From NCBI GenBank assembly GCA_052327205.1, contig CM126203.1, forward strand, positions 332,444,001 to 332,508,000: a DNA stretch of 64,000 bases, read 5' to 3'. A program made the translations under genes and the position numbers. Position 1 is the first letter of the stretch. Every line of letters starts with the position of its first letter. Positions 61,057 through 64,000 of the stretch are shown here, piece after piece. Below the pieces are notes generated by a model. It did no database searches. It was given only the letters and a program-made list of their open reading frames with translations, and was not told where the DNA came from. This DNA comes from Somniosus microcephalus (lineage: Eukaryota).

Positions 61057-62727
61057 TTGTGTCTGTCTTCATGGAAGATGCAAAAAACTTCCCAGAAATA
61101 GTGGACAACCAAGGGTCTAGCGAGAATGAGGAACTGAAAGATATTAGTATTAGTAAAAAAATTAATACTGGAGAAATTAATGCGACTGAAAGCCAATAAA
61201 CTCCCTGGACCTGATGGTCTATATCCTAGGATTTTGAAAGAGGTGGTTATAGAGATAGTGGATGCATTGGTTGTCATTTTCCAAAATTCCATAATTCTAG
61301 AACGACTTCTGCGGATTGGAAGGTAGCAATGTAACCCCACTATTTAAGAAAGGAGGGAGAGAGAAAACAAGGAACTACAGACCAGTTAGCCTGACATCAG
61401 CAGTAGAGAAAATGCTAGAATCTATTACAGGAAACTCTTTTTTTTATCCGGCACCGGCGTGGTGCCGGTTGATCAAAAAGTCCGGATTACAGAGAAGTAT
61501 ACTTACTAAGGTACGAGAGCCCCGTACACTGCCACAGGTGCAGGAGCCCCGGTTACACGGTACTTGTGCAGGAGTCCTGGTTACACGGCCGCAGATCCAG
61601 GAGTCCCTGTTGCACGGCAACAGGTGCAGGAACCCCAGTTACACGGCCACAGATCCAGGAACCCCGGTTACACGGCCACTAATATAAAGTAAAACTTACC
61701 TGAACCTACTCCTGAATTTTGCCGGTTAAGAGATTTTTCCGGTTAGGTGCCAGTTAAGAGAGTTTCCTGTATTAAGGGCGTGGTAACAGGGCCCTTAGAA
61801 AATAATAATAGGATTGGGCAGAGTCAACATGGATTTATGAAAGGGAAATCGTGTTTGACTAATCTGTTGGAGTTTTTTGAGGTTGTAACTAACAATAGAT
61901 AAGGGGGAACCAGTGGAAATATCCAAGTTTGCTGATGATACAAAGCTGGGTGGGAATGGAAGTTGTGAGGAGGATGCAAGGAGGCTTCAAGGGGATATAG
62001 ACAGGCTAAGTGAGTGGGCAAGAACATGGCAAATGGAATACAATGTGGAGAAATGTGAAGTTAACCACTTTGGTAGGAAAAACAGAAAAGCAGAGCATTT
62101 TTTAAATGGTGAGAGATTGGGAAATGTTGGTGTTCAGAGGGACCTGGGTGTCCTCGTACACGAATCACAAAGCTAACATGCAGGTACAGCAAGCAATTAG
62201 GAAAGAAAGTGGTATGTTGGCCTTTATTACAAGACGATTTAAGTATAAGAGTAAAGATGTCTTACTGCAATTATATTGGGCCCTGGTGAGACCAGACCTG
62301 GAGTATTGTATACAGTTTTGGTCTCCTTGCCTATAGAAGGATATACTTGCCATAGAGAGAGTGCAGCGAAGGTTCACCAGACTGGTTCCTGGGATTGGGG
62401 GGGATTGTTCTTTGAGAGATTGAGTAGACTAGGCCTATATTTTCTAGAGTTTAGAAGAATGATAGGTGATCTCATTAAAACATGCAAAATTCTTACAGGG
62501 CTTGACAGGGTAGATGCAGGGAGGATGTTTCCCCTGGCTGGGGAGTCTAGAGCCAGGGGGTCACAGTCTCAGAATAAGGGGTCGTCCATTTAGGACTGAG
62601 ATGAGGAGAAATTTCTTCACTTAGGGTTGTGAATCTTTGGAATTCTCTACCCCAGAGGGCAGTGGAGGCTCAGTCAATGAGTATATTCAAGATAGAGATC
62701 AATAGATTTTTCAATATTAAGGGAATC
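61057..62727 (+). mobile_element. CR1 ORF2 3' half, internally deleted
   Basis: NYRPVSLTS, KFADDTKL, RPDLEYCIQFWSP; same family as 12350-17420. Confidence 0.88.
61428..61769. mobile_element. CAGGAAACT-family MITE with an internal ~30-bp tandem repeat
   Basis: TA|CAGGAAACTCT...AGAGTTTCCTG|TA; repeated (g)gttacacggcc..ag(a/g)t(c/g)cagga(g/a)cccc units at about 61520-61680. Confidence 0.88.
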
Positions 62728-63632
62728 ATAAGAACATAACAACATAAGAAATAGGAGCAGGAGTAGGCCAATTGGCCCCTCGAGCCTGCTCTGCCATTCA
62801 ATAAGATCATGGCTGATCTGATCCTAACCGCCAATCTACTATCACAGAACCATCTCCTGAATCTAACAGAATTAGACACACGAAATAGGAGCAGGATCAG
62901 GCTACACGGCCCCTGGGCCCGCTCCGCTACCCACAGGGCCATGTCCGATCCGAACCTAGACTCATGTCCAAATTCCTGCCTGCGCCCCGTAACCCTTAAT
63001 TCCCTTTACTTCTAGGAAACTGTCTATTTCTGTTTTAAATTTATGTAATGATGTAGCTTCTACAGCTTTTTGGGGCAGCATATTCCATGGACCTATCACC
63101 CTCTGAGTGAAGTAGTTCCTCCTCATCTCAGTTTTGAAAGAGCAGCTCCTTATTCTAAGACTATGCCCCCCTAGTTCTAGTTTCACCCATCATCGGGGCC
63201 ATCCTCCCCGCATCCACCCGATCCAATCCCTTCACAATCGTATATGTTTCAACAAGAGCGCCTCTCATTCTTCTGAACTCCAATGAGTAGAGTCCCAATC
63301 TACTCAACCTCTCTTCATATGTCCATCCCCTCATCCCCGGGATTAACCGAGTGAACCTTCTTTGTACTGACTCGAGAGCAAGTATGTCTCTTCTTAAGTA
63401 TGGACACCAAAACTGTATGCAGTATTCCAGGTGCGGTCTCACCAATACCTTGTACAACTGAAGCAATACCTCCCTATTTTTATATTCTATCCCCCTAGCA
63501 ATGAAAGCCAACATTCCATTGGCCGCCTTAATCACTTGCTGCACCTGCATACTAACCTTTTGAGTTTCGTGCACCAGGACCCCCAGATCCCTTTGTACTT
63601 CAGTACTTTCCAGTTTCTTGCCATTAAGATAG
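62728..63632 (-). mobile_element. CR1 3' portion(s) inserted antisense into the previous CR1; two successive tails
   Basis: cataagaacataacaacataagaa tail; second aataggagcagg block at about 62884; minus-strand RPHLEYCIQFW...LYSLEFRRMRG. Confidence 0.85.
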
Positions 63633-63633
63633 T

Positions 63634-64000
63634 GGCCCAGTAATTCCTGTCACAACGCGTGAGTAAGGACGGGGTACTCACGCGTGTGCCAGGAGGAATT
63701 GTCGGTTTTCAGCATGCACAGCGCATGTGCTGAAAACCGGCATTTCCTGTCCTCTGACCCAAGGGGTTAAGAGGCTGAACGCATGCGCGGTATCGGGCAG
63801 CGCGTGCGACTTGGATTTCCTGTATTTTTACAGATTTGCGCATGTATAAAGGCCTCCGGTTTTAACGCGTGGAAAAACGAGACGTAAGTACTTAGTTTTA
63901 CAGGTAAGTGGTCTTTTAGTACAATTTAGAATTTTTTTTTCCACAGGTTTATTTTTAAAGAATCTACAGTAAGGTAAGTTTAGTTTTAGACCCTATTTTT
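63634..64000. mobile_element. Probable left end of a CpG-rich non-autonomous DNA transposon (Harbinger-like), continuing beyond the window
   Basis: Abrupt switch from CR1 to GGCCCAGTAATTCC... with internal palindromes; second end not visible. Confidence 0.5.

Noticed and set aside
61520-61680. ~30-bp repeat array as a possible CRISPR-like locus
   Set aside because: Contiguous degenerate tandem units with no unique spacers, inside a MITE in vertebrate DNA with no cas genes.

Overview
Vertebrate genomic DNA, most likely from a cartilaginous fish (shark/ray), inferred from the repeat landscape. The only host gene is the 5' part of dymeclin (DYM) on the + strand. Three GT-AG coding exons are visible (40968-41020, 42259-42352, 46240-46373; 53, 94 and 134 nt, matching human DYM exons 3-5 in size and phase). 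A CpG-rich promoter-like region lies at about 17.6-18.0 kb, next to a 673-N gap; the ATG exon was not found. Most of the rest is transposons, many nested: CR1/L2, RTE and Rex1/Babar LINEs, Penelope-like elements (PLEs), PIF/Harbinger and Tc1/pogo-type MITEs, a solo LTR and ancient SINEs. Nearly all listed ORFs are TE fragments or spurious. The most unusual signals are: (i) minimal hammerhead-ribozyme motifs in PLE repeats, including ~220-bp TSD-flanked hairpin elements with hammerhead motifs on both strands and a U3-A8 core variant; (ii) concentric inverted MITE pairs bracketing the DYM exons; (iii) a 99-bp target-site duplication around an RTE; (iv) a mosaic MITE family. Repeat family names come from recognition of motifs, not database searches, and boundaries of old repeats are approximate.
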